Assembly: GCA_964607485.1 (NCBI GenBank)
Contig: CAZSKP010000004.1
Span: 32,001 to 96,000, forward strand
Source: an uncultured bacterium
GTDB taxonomy: Bacteria > Abyssobacteria > SURF-5
Length of the DNA stretch: 64,000 nt
Direction: 5' to 3'
Shown here: piece by piece, positions 30,065 through 39,896 of the stretch
How positions within the stretch are numbered: the stretch's first letter is position 1
Layout of the letters: each line of letters begins with the position of its first letter
The notes under the pieces: generated by a model
Told to the model about the DNA's origin: nothing
The model's input: the letters and a program-made list of their open reading frames with translations, nothing else
Databases searched by the model: none
Program-made: the position numbers and the translations under genes

Positions 30065-30162
30065 AAAAAGTACCTGCACTGGACAGGTATCCTCACAAGC
30101 GATTCAAAGACGGGTCTTCATGGATATCGAGCTGACCGGTGCCCACAATAAAGGAGACCTCA

Positions 30163-31827
30163 ATGTACGACAAAGAGGATATCGACAAACTTCGCAAAGC
30201 GAGGGAGAAATGGGAGAAGGGACCCCTTCAATTTGTGCTTGATAAATGGGCGGAGCGACAGGAAAAATTCGAGACTATTTCGGGCAGAAACATCAACCGC
30301 ATATACACGCCGCTTGATGTGGCCGAGAAGGATTATGTTGAAGAAATAGGCTTTCCGGGAGAATACCCGTTCACAAGGGGCGTCGTGCCGACCGGCTATC
30401 GAGGGAAGTTGTGGACCCGAAGGCAGGTGTCCGGGTTTGCCACTCCGGAAGAGACCAACAAACGCCTCAAGTTCCTCCAAGCCGAGGGACAAACGGGCAT
30501 CAATATAGTCTTCGACTCGCCCACTCACTATCACTATGATTCCGATAATCCCCTCTCCGAAGGCGAAGTCGGCAGAGACGGGGTCCCCGTCGATACGCTC
30601 AGAGATGTCGAGGTCATCTTCGATGGAATCGACATCGAAGCCACTTCCACTTCCATCATAACCTCGGGTGCGGCGGTGTTGTCGATGTATCTCGCAATGG
30701 CTGAGAAGAGGGGCGTGCCGTTTGATCGCCTTCGGGGAACCCTGCAGAACGATATGATATCTCAATTCTATACGGCAAATCCCAAGCGTATGGACCTCCC
30801 GTCAATTTTCCCGATATCGGTGGACGTCATCGAATATTGCGTCAGGAACATTCCGCGCTGGAATCCCGTCAGTTTTATCGGATACCAGATTCGGGAAATG
30901 GGGTCGACCGCGGCCCAGGAGATCGCCTTCACCCTGGGAAGCGCTGTCGAGTACGCGAACGCGCTTGTGGAAAGGGGTCTCGATGCGGATGACTTCGCTC
31001 CCCGTTTCTCATTCTTCTTCAGCGCGCACAATGATTTCTTTGAGGAGATAGCCAAGTACAGGGCCGCAAGGCGGCTCTGGGCCCGCCTCATGCGTGAGCG
31101 GTTCCGCGCAAAGAATCCGTTGAGCTGGCTCCTTCGTTACCATGTTCAGACAGCGGGCTCGTCGCTGACTGCGCAACAACCTATTAACAATGTTGTACGT
31201 ACCACGATACAGGCTTTGGCGGCCGTTCTGGGAGGGACGCATTCCCTGCACACCAACTCGATGGATGAGGCCTACGCTCTTCCCTCCGAGGCAGCGGTGC
31301 GAACCGCGCTCCGAACCCAGCAGATCATCGCTCACGAGAGCGGTGTAACGAATACGGTGGACCCATTGGGCGGCTCGTTTTTCATCGAGAAGCTCACCGA
31401 CGACCTCGAGGAAGAGGCCAGGGAGATAATGGCCGCGGCCGATGCGCAGGGAGGCATGGTACAGGCCACAGCGAAGGGATGGGTTCAAAGACAGATACAC
31501 GAGGAAGCCTACAAATACAACAGGGACATCGAGGAGGGGAAACGCCTCATTGTCGGGGTGAACTGCTTCAAGACCGAAGAAGACGAATTGCCCATAGAGG
31601 TGCTCAAGATCGACGGTTCGTTTGAGGAACTTCAGAAAAAGAATCTTGCCAAGGTGCGAGAGAGCCGGGACAATCGCGAGGTGAAAGAAACACTGGAGCG
31701 ATTATGCGAGGCCGTGGGGTCGGGACAAAACGTCATGCCTCCATCCATCAAGGCATCCGCCGCATACGCCACGATCGAGGAAATGATGAACGCATGCAGG
31801 CAGGGAATGAGCAGCAGATGCGAATAA
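30163..31827 (+). CDS. B12-dependent acyl-CoA mutase, large (substrate-binding) subunit; non-canonical specificity residues
   Basis: ATG 30163 (RBS AAGGAG). Motifs 'GFPGEYPFTRG', 'GTLQND', 'YHVQTAG', 'SLHTNSMDEA', 'DPLGGS'. Confidence 0.92.
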   Translation: MYDKEDIDKLRKAREKWEKGPLQFVLDKWAERQEKFETISGRNINRIYTPLDVAEKDYVEEIGFPGEYPFTRGVVPTGYRGKLWTRRQVSGFATPEETNKRLKFLQAEGQTGINIVFDSPTHYHYDSDNPLSEGEVGRDGVPVDTLRDVEVIFDGIDIEATSTSIITSGAAVLSMYLAMAEKRGVPFDRLRGTLQNDMISQFYTANPKRMDLPSIFPISVDVIEYCVRNIPRWNPVSFIGYQIREMGSTAAQEIAFTLGSAVEYANALVERGLDADDFAPRFSFFFSAHNDFFEEIAKYRAARRLWARLMRERFRAKNPLSWLLRYHVQTAGSSLTAQQPINNVVRTTIQALAAVLGGTHSLHTNSMDEAYALPSEAAVRTALRTQQIIAHESGVTNTVDPLGGSFFIEKLTDDLEEEAREIMAAADAQGGMVQATAKGWVQRQIHEEAYKYNRDIEEGKRLIVGVNCFKTEEDELPIEVLKIDGSFEELQKKNLAKVRESRDNREVKETLERLCEAVGSGQNVMPPSIKASAAYATIEEMMNACRQGMSSRCE

Positions 31828-31861
31828 GAGAATTCGAACCGGCACCTGTCAGAAGTGAGAA

Positions 31862-32272
31862 ATGGGAGACGAAGGAAAACAGATAAGAGTACTGCTGGCT
31901 AAGCCGGGACTCGATGGTCATGACAGGGGCGTTCGTCTGGTGGCGCGCGCACTGAGAGATGCGGGAGTCGAGACAATTTTCCTCGGGCTTCAGGTAACTG
32001 CCGACCAACTGATCCAAGCCGCGATCGAGGAATCCGTCGACGTGATCGGCCTCTCAATCTTCTCCGGAGGGCATATGATACTCATTCCCCGGATAATAAA
32101 CGAATTGCGGAACAACGGTCTGGGAGACATACCCGTGATCGTCGGCGGGATCGTTCCTCCCGAGGATGCGGTTGAATTGAAGAGGCTTGGCGTAAAAGAG
32201 GTGTTCGGTCCTGGACGTCCCACGTCCGAAATCGTCTCCGCCTTCCGCCAATGGGCGCAAACTCCTCAATAA
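31862..32272 (+). CDS. Cobalamin-binding small subunit of the acyl-CoA mutase
   Basis: 'KPGLDGHDRG' (DxHxxG), 'GLSIFSGGH', 'VGGIVP', 'VFGPG'. Confidence 0.93.
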   Translation: MGDEGKQIRVLLAKPGLDGHDRGVRLVARALRDAGVETIFLGLQVTADQLIQAAIEESVDVIGLSIFSGGHMILIPRIINELRNNGLGDIPVIVGGIVPPEDAVELKRLGVKEVFGPGRPTSEIVSAFRQWAQTPQ

Positions 32273-32277
32273 GTGCC

Positions 32278-32484
32278 GGCGGTGAGCGGATTGCCGTGCT
32301 GGGGGGCGTTGATATGGATTTGCTCGCCCGTGGATCCGAGCGGGATGTCAGAAAGCGCGTGCGCGAGATAATCGCCGTCTGTCCGCCGGGCGGCGGCTTC
32401 ATGCTCGGGACGGGCAATAGCGTCCCAAGCGTCATTCATCGCGAGAACTTTCTTGCGATGCTCGATGAAGGCCTGAAGTGCGGA
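32278..32484 (+). pseudogene. C-terminal relic of a URO-D family protein
   Basis: 'GERIAVLGGVDMDLLARG....VRKRVREII...PGGGFMLGTGNSVP....ENFLAML' aligns with the C-terminus of the intact URO-D at 55303-56478. The N-terminal part is missing. Confidence 0.75.
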
Positions 32485-32539
32485 TTCCGACCCAAATCGA
32501 CGAACCAAACAGATGCTCGAAGAGGATGCCGGAGGGAAG

Positions 32540-34105
32540 ATGATGATCGAAAGCAAGGAACTGCTTACTTATCAGGGTGTCGAGCACAAATCTCTCACGC
32601 GACCCGATGATATCGCCACGGTCTGCGGAGCGCGGAGCCGGACGTGGGCCGAGCTCAACGAGCGCGCCAATCGCGTGGCCAACGGACTCCTGAACATGGG
32701 GCTGAAAAAGGGCGACAAAGTGACCATACTGTCGTTCAATTGCACTGAGATGCTCGAGCTATTTGCCGGCCTGAACAAGGCGGGCCTTGTCATTGTAAAC
32801 ATGAACTTCCGCAACGTCGGCAGGGAGATATCCTACCAGGTGAACGACTCCGACTCCAAAGCGTTCATACTGGGCGAGGAATTTATCGATCGCGTGTGGC
32901 CGATTCGAAACCACCTCGAAAAGGTGGCTCCCGGCAATTACATCGTCATGGGAGAACAGACCCCCGAAGGGGCCGTCAACTATGAAGACCTGCTCGAGCG
33001 CGCCGACGGGGCCAACCCCGGCATAAAGGTCAGCGAAAACGATCCGAGCCTTATCATCTATACCTCCGGCACGACTGGCCATCCCAAGGGTGCCGTGCGC
33101 TCGCATCGAGGCGTGGTGCTGATGGGCCTGTTCGCTTGCGCGGAGTACGGATTTGGCGAGAACGATGTCAATCTCACCGCCGCCCCGCTTTTTCATTCGG
33201 CGCCCGCATTCTTCGCGAACACTCACCTCTACATCGGAGCGAAGGTGTGCGTTCTCAAGGTATTCGACCCCGTGGCGATACTGGAGACAATCGAGCGGGA
33301 AAGGGTCACAGACTTCTTCATGGCACCGACGATGTATGACCTTATCCTCTCGTTGCCCGATGAGGAAAGGAAGAAATACGACGTAAGCTCGGTGCGATGC
33401 GCGATATCCGCGGCGGCCCCTCTGCACACTGCCACCAAGGACGCGATCCTGGACTTTTTCAAAGGAGCTGACCTGCACGAATTCTACGGCGCGACCGAGA
33501 CCGGCATTGTGACAAACCTTCGCCCGCGCGATCAGCGCAGGAAGACCCGCTGCGTCGGCCAGTCGTTTCCCGGCACGGACATCAAGCTGCTCGACCCCGA
33601 CGGCAATGAGGTCAAGCAGGGCGAAGTGGGCGAAATTTACGCCTCTAATCCATTCCTCATGCAGGAGTACTATAAGAATCCCGACGCCACGGAAAAAGGC
33701 ACACACGGCCGCTACTTCTCGGTGGGCGACATGGCTCGCTGCGACGAGGAGGGATACTACTACATCGTCGACAGGCGGCAGGATATGATCATCAGCGGCG
33801 GATCGAACATATATCCCGCCGAAATCGAGGAGACGCTCCACTCGCACCCAAAGATCATGGAGGCGGCCGTGATCGGAGTTCCCAACGAGACTTGGGGCGA
33901 ATCGGTCAAGGCCATAGTTGTCCTGAAGCCCGGCGAGAGCGCCACTGAACAAGAAATCATCGAATACTGTAAGGCGAATGCCGCCGAGTATAAGAAACCA
34001 CGCTCGGTCGACTTCGTCGACGAACTGCCCCGTAATCCTTCAGGGAAGATTCTAAAAAGGACCCTCCGGGAACCATACTGGAAAGACAAGCAACAACAGG
34101 TGTAA
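32540..34105 (+). CDS. AMP-dependent acyl-CoA synthetase
   Basis: 'YTSGTTGHPKG', 'FYGATE', 'GDMA', 'DMIISGGSNIYP', 'LPRNPSGK'. Confidence 0.93.
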   Translation: MMIESKELLTYQGVEHKSLTRPDDIATVCGARSRTWAELNERANRVANGLLNMGLKKGDKVTILSFNCTEMLELFAGLNKAGLVIVNMNFRNVGREISYQVNDSDSKAFILGEEFIDRVWPIRNHLEKVAPGNYIVMGEQTPEGAVNYEDLLERADGANPGIKVSENDPSLIIYTSGTTGHPKGAVRSHRGVVLMGLFACAEYGFGENDVNLTAAPLFHSAPAFFANTHLYIGAKVCVLKVFDPVAILETIERERVTDFFMAPTMYDLILSLPDEERKKYDVSSVRCAISAAAPLHTATKDAILDFFKGADLHEFYGATETGIVTNLRPRDQRRKTRCVGQSFPGTDIKLLDPDGNEVKQGEVGEIYASNPFLMQEYYKNPDATEKGTHGRYFSVGDMARCDEEGYYYIVDRRQDMIISGGSNIYPAEIEETLHSHPKIMEAAVIGVPNETWGESVKAIVVLKPGESATEQEIIEYCKANAAEYKKPRSVDFVDELPRNPSGKILKRTLREPYWKDKQQQV

Positions 34106-34120
34106 GCAGTGACTCCATCT

Positions 34121-34207
34121 GTCAAGCGATTCCATAAAGAAGTCGAAGCAATAGCACTGCTTCATCACGCCAACATTGTTCAAATCGGTGATATTGGAGA
34201 AGACTAG
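34121..34207 (+). pseudogene. Short relic of a Hanks-type Ser/Thr protein kinase (subdomains III-IV)
   Basis: Translates to VKRFHKEVEAIALLHHANIVQIGDIGED*, resembling the consensus 'RFxREaxaxaxLxHPNIVxvyDvGe'. Confidence 0.6.
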
Positions 34208-34257
34208 AATCTGCATTTCTTCACCAGTGGAAGGACCTTCAGAAAAGGAAAGGGATC

Positions 34258-35916
34258 ATGAGCTATCAAATGGTTAACGGTTGCCCTTCAACATCGGGAG
34301 ATGATTGCCAGCTGAATGTCATTTCTATCTTGAAAAGCGCATATAGGACCTATCCGGAAGTAGAAATCGTATCGAGAAAAATGGATGGCACGATCTTTCG
34401 TTACAACTATAAGCAGGCATACGAAAGGATACAAAAACTGGCCAACGCCCTCAGAAATCTTGGGGTAAAGCCCGGCGACCGCATCGGTGTGATGGAATGG
34501 AATACTTACAGATTCTTTGAACTCTATTTTGCCATCTCGGGCATCGGTGCAGTCGTACTGCAGATGAACCTGCGGCTTTCACCCGACGACCTCGCTTACG
34601 TGATGAATCACAGCGAGGCCAAACTGATGGTCTCAGGGGATTCCCTGCTTCCCGTGGCTGAGGCCATCTCCGACAAATTGAAGACAGTCGAAGGGTGTAT
34701 TGTCATTACCGACAAGAACCTCGACGAAATCAAGACCAATCTGAAACCCATATACAGCTATGAGACGCTGCTTGAGAACGAGGAGGCGAACTATGATTGG
34801 CCGATGATCGATGAAAGGTCGGCCTACAGCGCCTGCTACACTACCGGGACAACGGGAAAGCCAAAGGGCGTGTATTACTCACATCGGTGCGCTTATCTCC
34901 ATACCATGGCCGTAGCACTGAATTTCAGAATATGCCTGGAAGACGTAATGATGCAAATAGCACCCATGTTCCACGCTGCCGGATGGGGATTATGGCTTTG
35001 TGCCCCTATGGCAGGCGCAAAAATTGTTTTTCCAGGAAGATATACAATGGACCATACGGAAACACTCGTTGATCTCATGCTGGCCGAAGGAGTAACTTGT
35101 ACCAACGGCGCGCCTGCCATCTTTATGCCGATGTTCGAACACATCAGCAAGCTGCCCGAGAAGCCTGCCTTCAGAGGACTTCGAATGATTTCCGGAGCAA
35201 CGGAACCTCCCCTGTCGATGATGCAGGGTTATTCAGAGCTGGGAGCGCAAATCGTGCACGCGTACGGAGCGACAGAAACAGGGCCTCTCGCACTGGTCAA
35301 CCAATTCAAGCCAAGCATCAAGGGATGGTCAAAGGAACAAGGGTGGGAAAACCAGAAGAAACAGGGGTTGCCGGCGGCAGGGCTCGACGTGAAGATTGTG
35401 GATGCCGAAGGTAAAGATGTGCCGCCTGATGGAAAGACGGTAGGTGAGGTCTACGTGAGGGGACCCTGGATCACATCCTCTTATTACAATGACCCACGAA
35501 CCAAGGAATGCTTCGTTGATGGGTACTGGAAGAGCGGCGATGCCGCCACGATTGATGAACACGGATATATCAAGGTTACCGATAGGTTCAAGGACATCAT
35601 CAAGAGTGGTGGCGAGTGGATATCTTCCATCGATTTGGAGAATGCCATCGTTGCGCACAAGGACGTGCTGGAAGCCTCCGTAATCGGGTTGGCTCATCCG
35701 AAATGGCAGGAGAGGCCGCTGGCGCTCGTAGTTTTGAAAGATGAGGCAAAGGGAAAAGTCACAAAGCAAGATATCATCGATTCCTTAAGAAATAGATTTG
35801 CGAAATGGCAGTTGCCTGACGAGCTTCTCATTGTTGAGAAAATACCCAAGACCAGCGTTGGGAAATGTGATAAGAAGGTCCTGCGCGAGCAATATAAGAG
35901 TCTGTATACAACATGA
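34258..35916 (+). CDS. Fatty-acid--CoA ligase (AlkK/DmdB-like)
   Basis: 'YTTGTTGKPKGVYYSHR', 'PMFHAAGWG', 'KSGGEWISSIDLEN', 'HPKWQERP', 'PKTSVGK'. Confidence 0.93.
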   Translation: MSYQMVNGCPSTSGDDCQLNVISILKSAYRTYPEVEIVSRKMDGTIFRYNYKQAYERIQKLANALRNLGVKPGDRIGVMEWNTYRFFELYFAISGIGAVVLQMNLRLSPDDLAYVMNHSEAKLMVSGDSLLPVAEAISDKLKTVEGCIVITDKNLDEIKTNLKPIYSYETLLENEEANYDWPMIDERSAYSACYTTGTTGKPKGVYYSHRCAYLHTMAVALNFRICLEDVMMQIAPMFHAAGWGLWLCAPMAGAKIVFPGRYTMDHTETLVDLMLAEGVTCTNGAPAIFMPMFEHISKLPEKPAFRGLRMISGATEPPLSMMQGYSELGAQIVHAYGATETGPLALVNQFKPSIKGWSKEQGWENQKKQGLPAAGLDVKIVDAEGKDVPPDGKTVGEVYVRGPWITSSYYNDPRTKECFVDGYWKSGDAATIDEHGYIKVTDRFKDIIKSGGEWISSIDLENAIVAHKDVLEASVIGLAHPKWQERPLALVVLKDEAKGKVTKQDIIDSLRNRFAKWQLPDELLIVEKIPKTSVGKCDKKVLREQYKSLYTT

Positions 35917-35963
35917 TGGTTTCCAATGCCGGTTCGGTTTGAATTTCTGACGGGAGACAGGCG

Positions 35964-36770
35964 ATGAAGGTCATTTACGAAAAACGCGGTAAGATTGCTT
36001 ATGTAACACTCAATCGACCGGAAGCAATGAACGCGATTGATCTGGAAATGCACGAATTATTATGGGAGACCTGGAAAGATTTCCGCGACGATGACGCGCT
36101 TGAGCTGGCGATTGTCACAGGCGCAGGAGACGAAGCCTTCAGCGCCGGGGCAGACCTCAAGACGCACGCCCCCTATTGGCTCGAGCATGCCAATGCGATG
36201 TTTCCGAGGGAAAAGATCAAAGACGGTATTGGTGGAATCACCCGCGGCCTTCATCGCATCTATAAGCCTATCATCGCCGCGGTGAACGGCTGGGCGTTGG
36301 CAGGAGGCCTTGAATATGCTCTGGCGTGTGATATCCGCATCGCTTCGGAGAATGCCAAATTCGGCTCTTTCGAAGTCAGGCGGGGCTACCATCATGGTGA
36401 CGGAGGAATTGTTCGCCTAGTTAATATCTGTGGTGTCGGTGTTGCTCTGGAAATGTTATTGACTGCAGAACCCATCGACGCCCAAAGGGCATTGCAGGCC
36501 AACATGGTATCGAGAGTTGTAGCCCACGACAAATTGATGGAAGAAGCAGAGAAGGTGGCGGCGACAGTTCTGCGGAACGATACGTGGGCAATCCGTTCGG
36601 CGAAGGAGACAATCCTGAACGTCATTGGGCGTCAGCTCGACGACCAGTTGACCTACGAGGCCCTGGCGGGCTATAGCGGCGCGGCGAACCCGAGAATCCC
36701 CGAATTATTGAAGGCGTTCTACCACAAGGCCGATAAGGGACGAGCCGGCAAACACAAAACGAATCTATAG
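35964..36770 (+). CDS. Enoyl-CoA hydratase/isomerase family protein
   Basis: 'LNRPEAMNA', 'FSAGADL', 'NGWALAGGLE', 'FEVRRG'. Confidence 0.9.
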   Translation: MKVIYEKRGKIAYVTLNRPEAMNAIDLEMHELLWETWKDFRDDDALELAIVTGAGDEAFSAGADLKTHAPYWLEHANAMFPREKIKDGIGGITRGLHRIYKPIIAAVNGWALAGGLEYALACDIRIASENAKFGSFEVRRGYHHGDGGIVRLVNICGVGVALEMLLTAEPIDAQRALQANMVSRVVAHDKLMEEAEKVAATVLRNDTWAIRSAKETILNVIGRQLDDQLTYEALAGYSGAANPRIPELLKAFYHKADKGRAGKHKTNL

Positions 36771-36811
36771 AAACCCTGCTTGTCTCATTGGCGCCTCCTG
36801 GAGAAAGGATC

Positions 36812-38011
36812 ATGAGCCCTAAAGAGCGATTGAGGGCGGCGCTGCGCGGAAGAAAGACCGACGTAGTGCCGGCCGCTCCGAGCTATCTGGGCCTGTTCCG
36901 GGCGGCGGCTGAGAAGCGTTACTATGTGGAGCGCTATCGGGAACGAACGCGAGGGATGAAGCGTTACCATCCTGACCACGAGGAAGATGTCGTATTCAGG
37001 GCAGAGGCGCTTCGCCGCGCTTACGACATGTTCAGCGAAAAACCGGACTGGATCGAAGTGGCGCCGGGACCCGCTCGGGATTGGGCCGCCCGAACGGAGA
37101 TCATCAACGAAGATTCCAGGCTCTGGTATCTCGATACTGTCACCGGCGACCGGCGCGATATGCTGGCCTCTCAATTGCCTTCGGGCAGAGACTACCTCTA
37201 CGGCAACATCCCGACGGATGAGCAGGATGTCTGGGATCAGTCAGAGCTCATCCAGAACAGAGATGTCATAGACATGCTCGTAAGGCTCGTGCCCCTCGAG
37301 GAGCTCGAGGATCAGGGCGTATTCGACCTCCCATGCAGGGTTATCCGGGAAAGAGGCGACACGTTCTTCGTAGTGGCTCTGGACAGCACTCCATATACGG
37401 CATCCTTTCTGCTTGGTTTTCAGGGTTTGATGCTCGCGTTCCACGACAATCCGGCCAACCTGAAGTATTTCATCGAGCGAATCCTCGAACAACGCAAGCC
37501 GATCCTGGAGGGATACGCCAAAGCGGGGTATGATGGGCTGTATGTCGAGGAGATCTTCAGCGGTGCCGACATTATATCGCCGGAGTTCTACGATGCCTTT
37601 GTGCTGCCGTGCAACGTCGAATACTTCCGAATCGCGAGAGAACTTGGGCTGTTGACCGTGTACTACTTGTGCGGCAATCCTGTGCCTCTGATTCCGAAGC
37701 TGACGCAACTCTCATGTGATGCGCTGGCATTCGAGGAGAGCAAAAAGAACCTTGTACTCGAAATCGAGGATATCGTTAAGTGGGTTGGTAAGCAGAAATG
37801 CATCTTCGGCAACATTGACGCCGTTCATTTCGGCCTGTATGCGGATCCGGCGCAAGTTAGAGTCGAAGTCAAGCGGCAGATACGGGCGGGATTGAAGGCA
37901 AAGGGCTTTGTTGTGAGCATCGGCAGCCCGTGGCCGGTCGAGACGCCGCTAGAGAATATCAACGCGCTGGTTGTCGCTGCGCACGCGCACGGCATGCTAT
38001 CGAGGACATAA
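36812..38011 (+). CDS. Uroporphyrinogen decarboxylase (URO-D/MtaA-CmuA) family protein
   Basis: ATG 36812 'MSPKERLRAAL....DVVP', 'IISPEFYDAFVLP', 'YLCG', 'CIFGNID', 'TPLENINA'. Confidence 0.8.
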   Translation: MSPKERLRAALRGRKTDVVPAAPSYLGLFRAAAEKRYYVERYRERTRGMKRYHPDHEEDVVFRAEALRRAYDMFSEKPDWIEVAPGPARDWAARTEIINEDSRLWYLDTVTGDRRDMLASQLPSGRDYLYGNIPTDEQDVWDQSELIQNRDVIDMLVRLVPLEELEDQGVFDLPCRVIRERGDTFFVVALDSTPYTASFLLGFQGLMLAFHDNPANLKYFIERILEQRKPILEGYAKAGYDGLYVEEIFSGADIISPEFYDAFVLPCNVEYFRIARELGLLTVYYLCGNPVPLIPKLTQLSCDALAFEESKKNLVLEIEDIVKWVGKQKCIFGNIDAVHFGLYADPAQVRVEVKRQIRAGLKAKGFVVSIGSPWPVETPLENINALVVAAHAHGMLSRT

Positions 38012-38317
38012 TGCTACGCTCATGGCGCCCCATCATCTGAAGAAATGGGTATTATGTCCCGACCTGTTAACACATCATATCGGCACGATGCAAGAGGTTG
38101 AATCAGATTGAGGAACCAGACCAATCCCTCGCGGCATAGGCAAGTGTGTGTAGCCCTGGACCACACCGAACACCCTGGAATGAGGATCCCAACCTTCTAA
38201 TGCTTCAAGTATCTATCCTATCACGAGCAGGGAATTTTACATGGCATGTGGTATCATAGGTCTCTTGATCCGAAATACAATAGCAGGTGATTAAGTGATA
38301 TTCTCCTTGAACACCCT

Positions 38318-39601
38318 ATGACCGAACCGATAAGCGAATCCAAGAGTTGGTCGTACCTTTCGCAGTTGAGCATCAACTATTTTGGCTGGATCTTCTGTTG
38401 GTTCATTGCCACAGCCTACATAGTTCCTAATGTGCTGCTGGGAATGGTCGATAATTCCGTAAAGAACTCTCGCCTGGGCTTGATGACGGGAGTGTCGAAT
38501 ATATTTTTGCTTATTCTCCTTCCTCTCGTCGGAACGATGAGCGACCGATCACGGTCAAAACTGGGGCGTCGGCGGCCGTTTTACCTGTCGGCGGCTCTCT
38601 CCGTTTCCGTTCTCACTCTTCTGCTTGTTCCTTCTCGATATTATCCCGTTCTGTTTCTTCTGCTCTTCCTGATGCACGGAGGAGAGGCGTGTTGGTATAC
38701 GAATTATGCGCTTATCCGCGATGTCGTTCCGATGCAGCGCCGCGGCCGCATCTCCGGCCTTATAAACATAACGAGCACGCTGGGACTCTTGCTTGCCCAT
38801 GCGGTGTCGCCCCATTTCATTACAGCGGGTCACGTGATGAGTTTGGCATTGATTGCCGCTTCGGCCAACACCTTATGCAGCCTGTGGGTCGCCCTAAGGA
38901 TAAGAGAACAGGCGCCGGCCAATCTGCCTCCTCGAATCGGTTCCTGGAAAGAGGTCTATCTCCCGAAACTGGAGGGCTCGAGCGGCCTGGGCTGGCTCGC
39001 AGCGGTGAACTTGTTCACTCAGATGGGGACAGTCGCGATGACCTGCTTCCTTTTATACTTCATCAAGGATCACATCGACCCGGAGCATTTCAATGAGACT
39101 TTCCGCAATGTTAATCTGATCGGGACGACTGTGGCGGTCTTTTCGGCGATTGCAGCAGGATGGATAGCCGACCGATTCGGAAGAAAACGGGTCCTGTTCG
39201 TCGCATGTCTTCTTCAAGTTGTTTCCATGGTCAATTTTCTGGTCTTTCCCTGGGTTCATTCCACGCTCTACGCGACCGGGCTGCTCTACGGGTTGGGCAA
39301 TGCAGCATATTGGAGCCTGTACTGGACACTATTGTCTGATTTGGTTCCCGAAGGTGAGACCAGCAAATACATCGGACTGATTCAGTACACCTCCATGATT
39401 CCTTGGGCAGTTGTGCCACCGACACTGGGCGCAATTGTGGACGGTTTCGGGGCAGCATCCGGCCGAGGGTACCATATACTGTTCATTGTGATAGTGATTC
39501 TGTTGACGACGGGAATGATGCTGATTCGAGGAATTCCGGAAACACTGAAAGCGGATTCTAAAGTTGCTGCCGCAGAGGCGTCCTCACGCGGCGCAGATTG
39601 A
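38318..39601 (+). CDS. MFS transporter
   Basis: 'GTMSDRSRSKLGRRRPF', 'GWIADRFGRK'; about 12 hydrophobic segments. Confidence 0.88.
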   Translation: MTEPISESKSWSYLSQLSINYFGWIFCWFIATAYIVPNVLLGMVDNSVKNSRLGLMTGVSNIFLLILLPLVGTMSDRSRSKLGRRRPFYLSAALSVSVLTLLLVPSRYYPVLFLLLFLMHGGEACWYTNYALIRDVVPMQRRGRISGLINITSTLGLLLAHAVSPHFITAGHVMSLALIAASANTLCSLWVALRIREQAPANLPPRIGSWKEVYLPKLEGSSGLGWLAAVNLFTQMGTVAMTCFLLYFIKDHIDPEHFNETFRNVNLIGTTVAVFSAIAAGWIADRFGRKRVLFVACLLQVVSMVNFLVFPWVHSTLYATGLLYGLGNAAYWSLYWTLLSDLVPEGETSKYIGLIQYTSMIPWAVVPPTLGAIVDGFGAASGRGYHILFIVIVILLTTGMMLIRGIPETLKADSKVAAAEASSRGAD

Positions 39602-39655
39602 ACGATGAGAGCTACGAGTTGGCACATACCTTCACTGTTTTGAAGCAACGAAGAG

Positions 39656-39727
39656 TCAACCTTCCACCTATCCGATTCTTCAAGTATCGCTCTCAGAGAC
39701 TGCACACTTCGTCTTCTATTCTGCACT
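39656..39727 (+). repeat. Dispersed intergenic repeat, core copy D
   Basis: TCAACCTTCCACCTATCCGATTCTTCAAGTATCGCTCTCAGAGACTGCACACTTCGTCTTCTATTCTGCACT. Confidence 0.75.
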
Positions 39728-39826
39728 CATCTCCCAAACTCCTATTCTCCAGTAAGCATTTCTGGAAATGGAGAATATTTCTCTCTTCAAGGAAGAATCC
39801 CAGCTTCTTGTCGATGCCCCCTGGTC

Positions 39827-39872
39827 GTGAAAAACCCGCCGCTTTCTGATATACTGATTTTTCCGAGATACC
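39827..39872 (+). promoter_or_regulatory. Promoter block of the acylase gene, near-identical to 30019-30064
   Basis: GTGAAAAACCCGCCGCTTTCTGATATACTGATTTTTCCGAGATACC; TGaTATACT at 39847-39855. Confidence 0.6.
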
Positions 39873-39896
39873 CAGATGTGAAACGAAAAGAAAGGA

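Noticed and set aside
29602-30162. Possible cobalamin riboswitch upstream of the B12 mutase
   Set aside because: No B12-box or other conserved riboswitch motifs recognised; the region is occupied by the repeat and its promoter block.
38078-38103. Sigma28-like GCCGATAT on the minus strand
   Set aside because: Poor -35 match and spacing, and it would point antisense into the URO-D gene.
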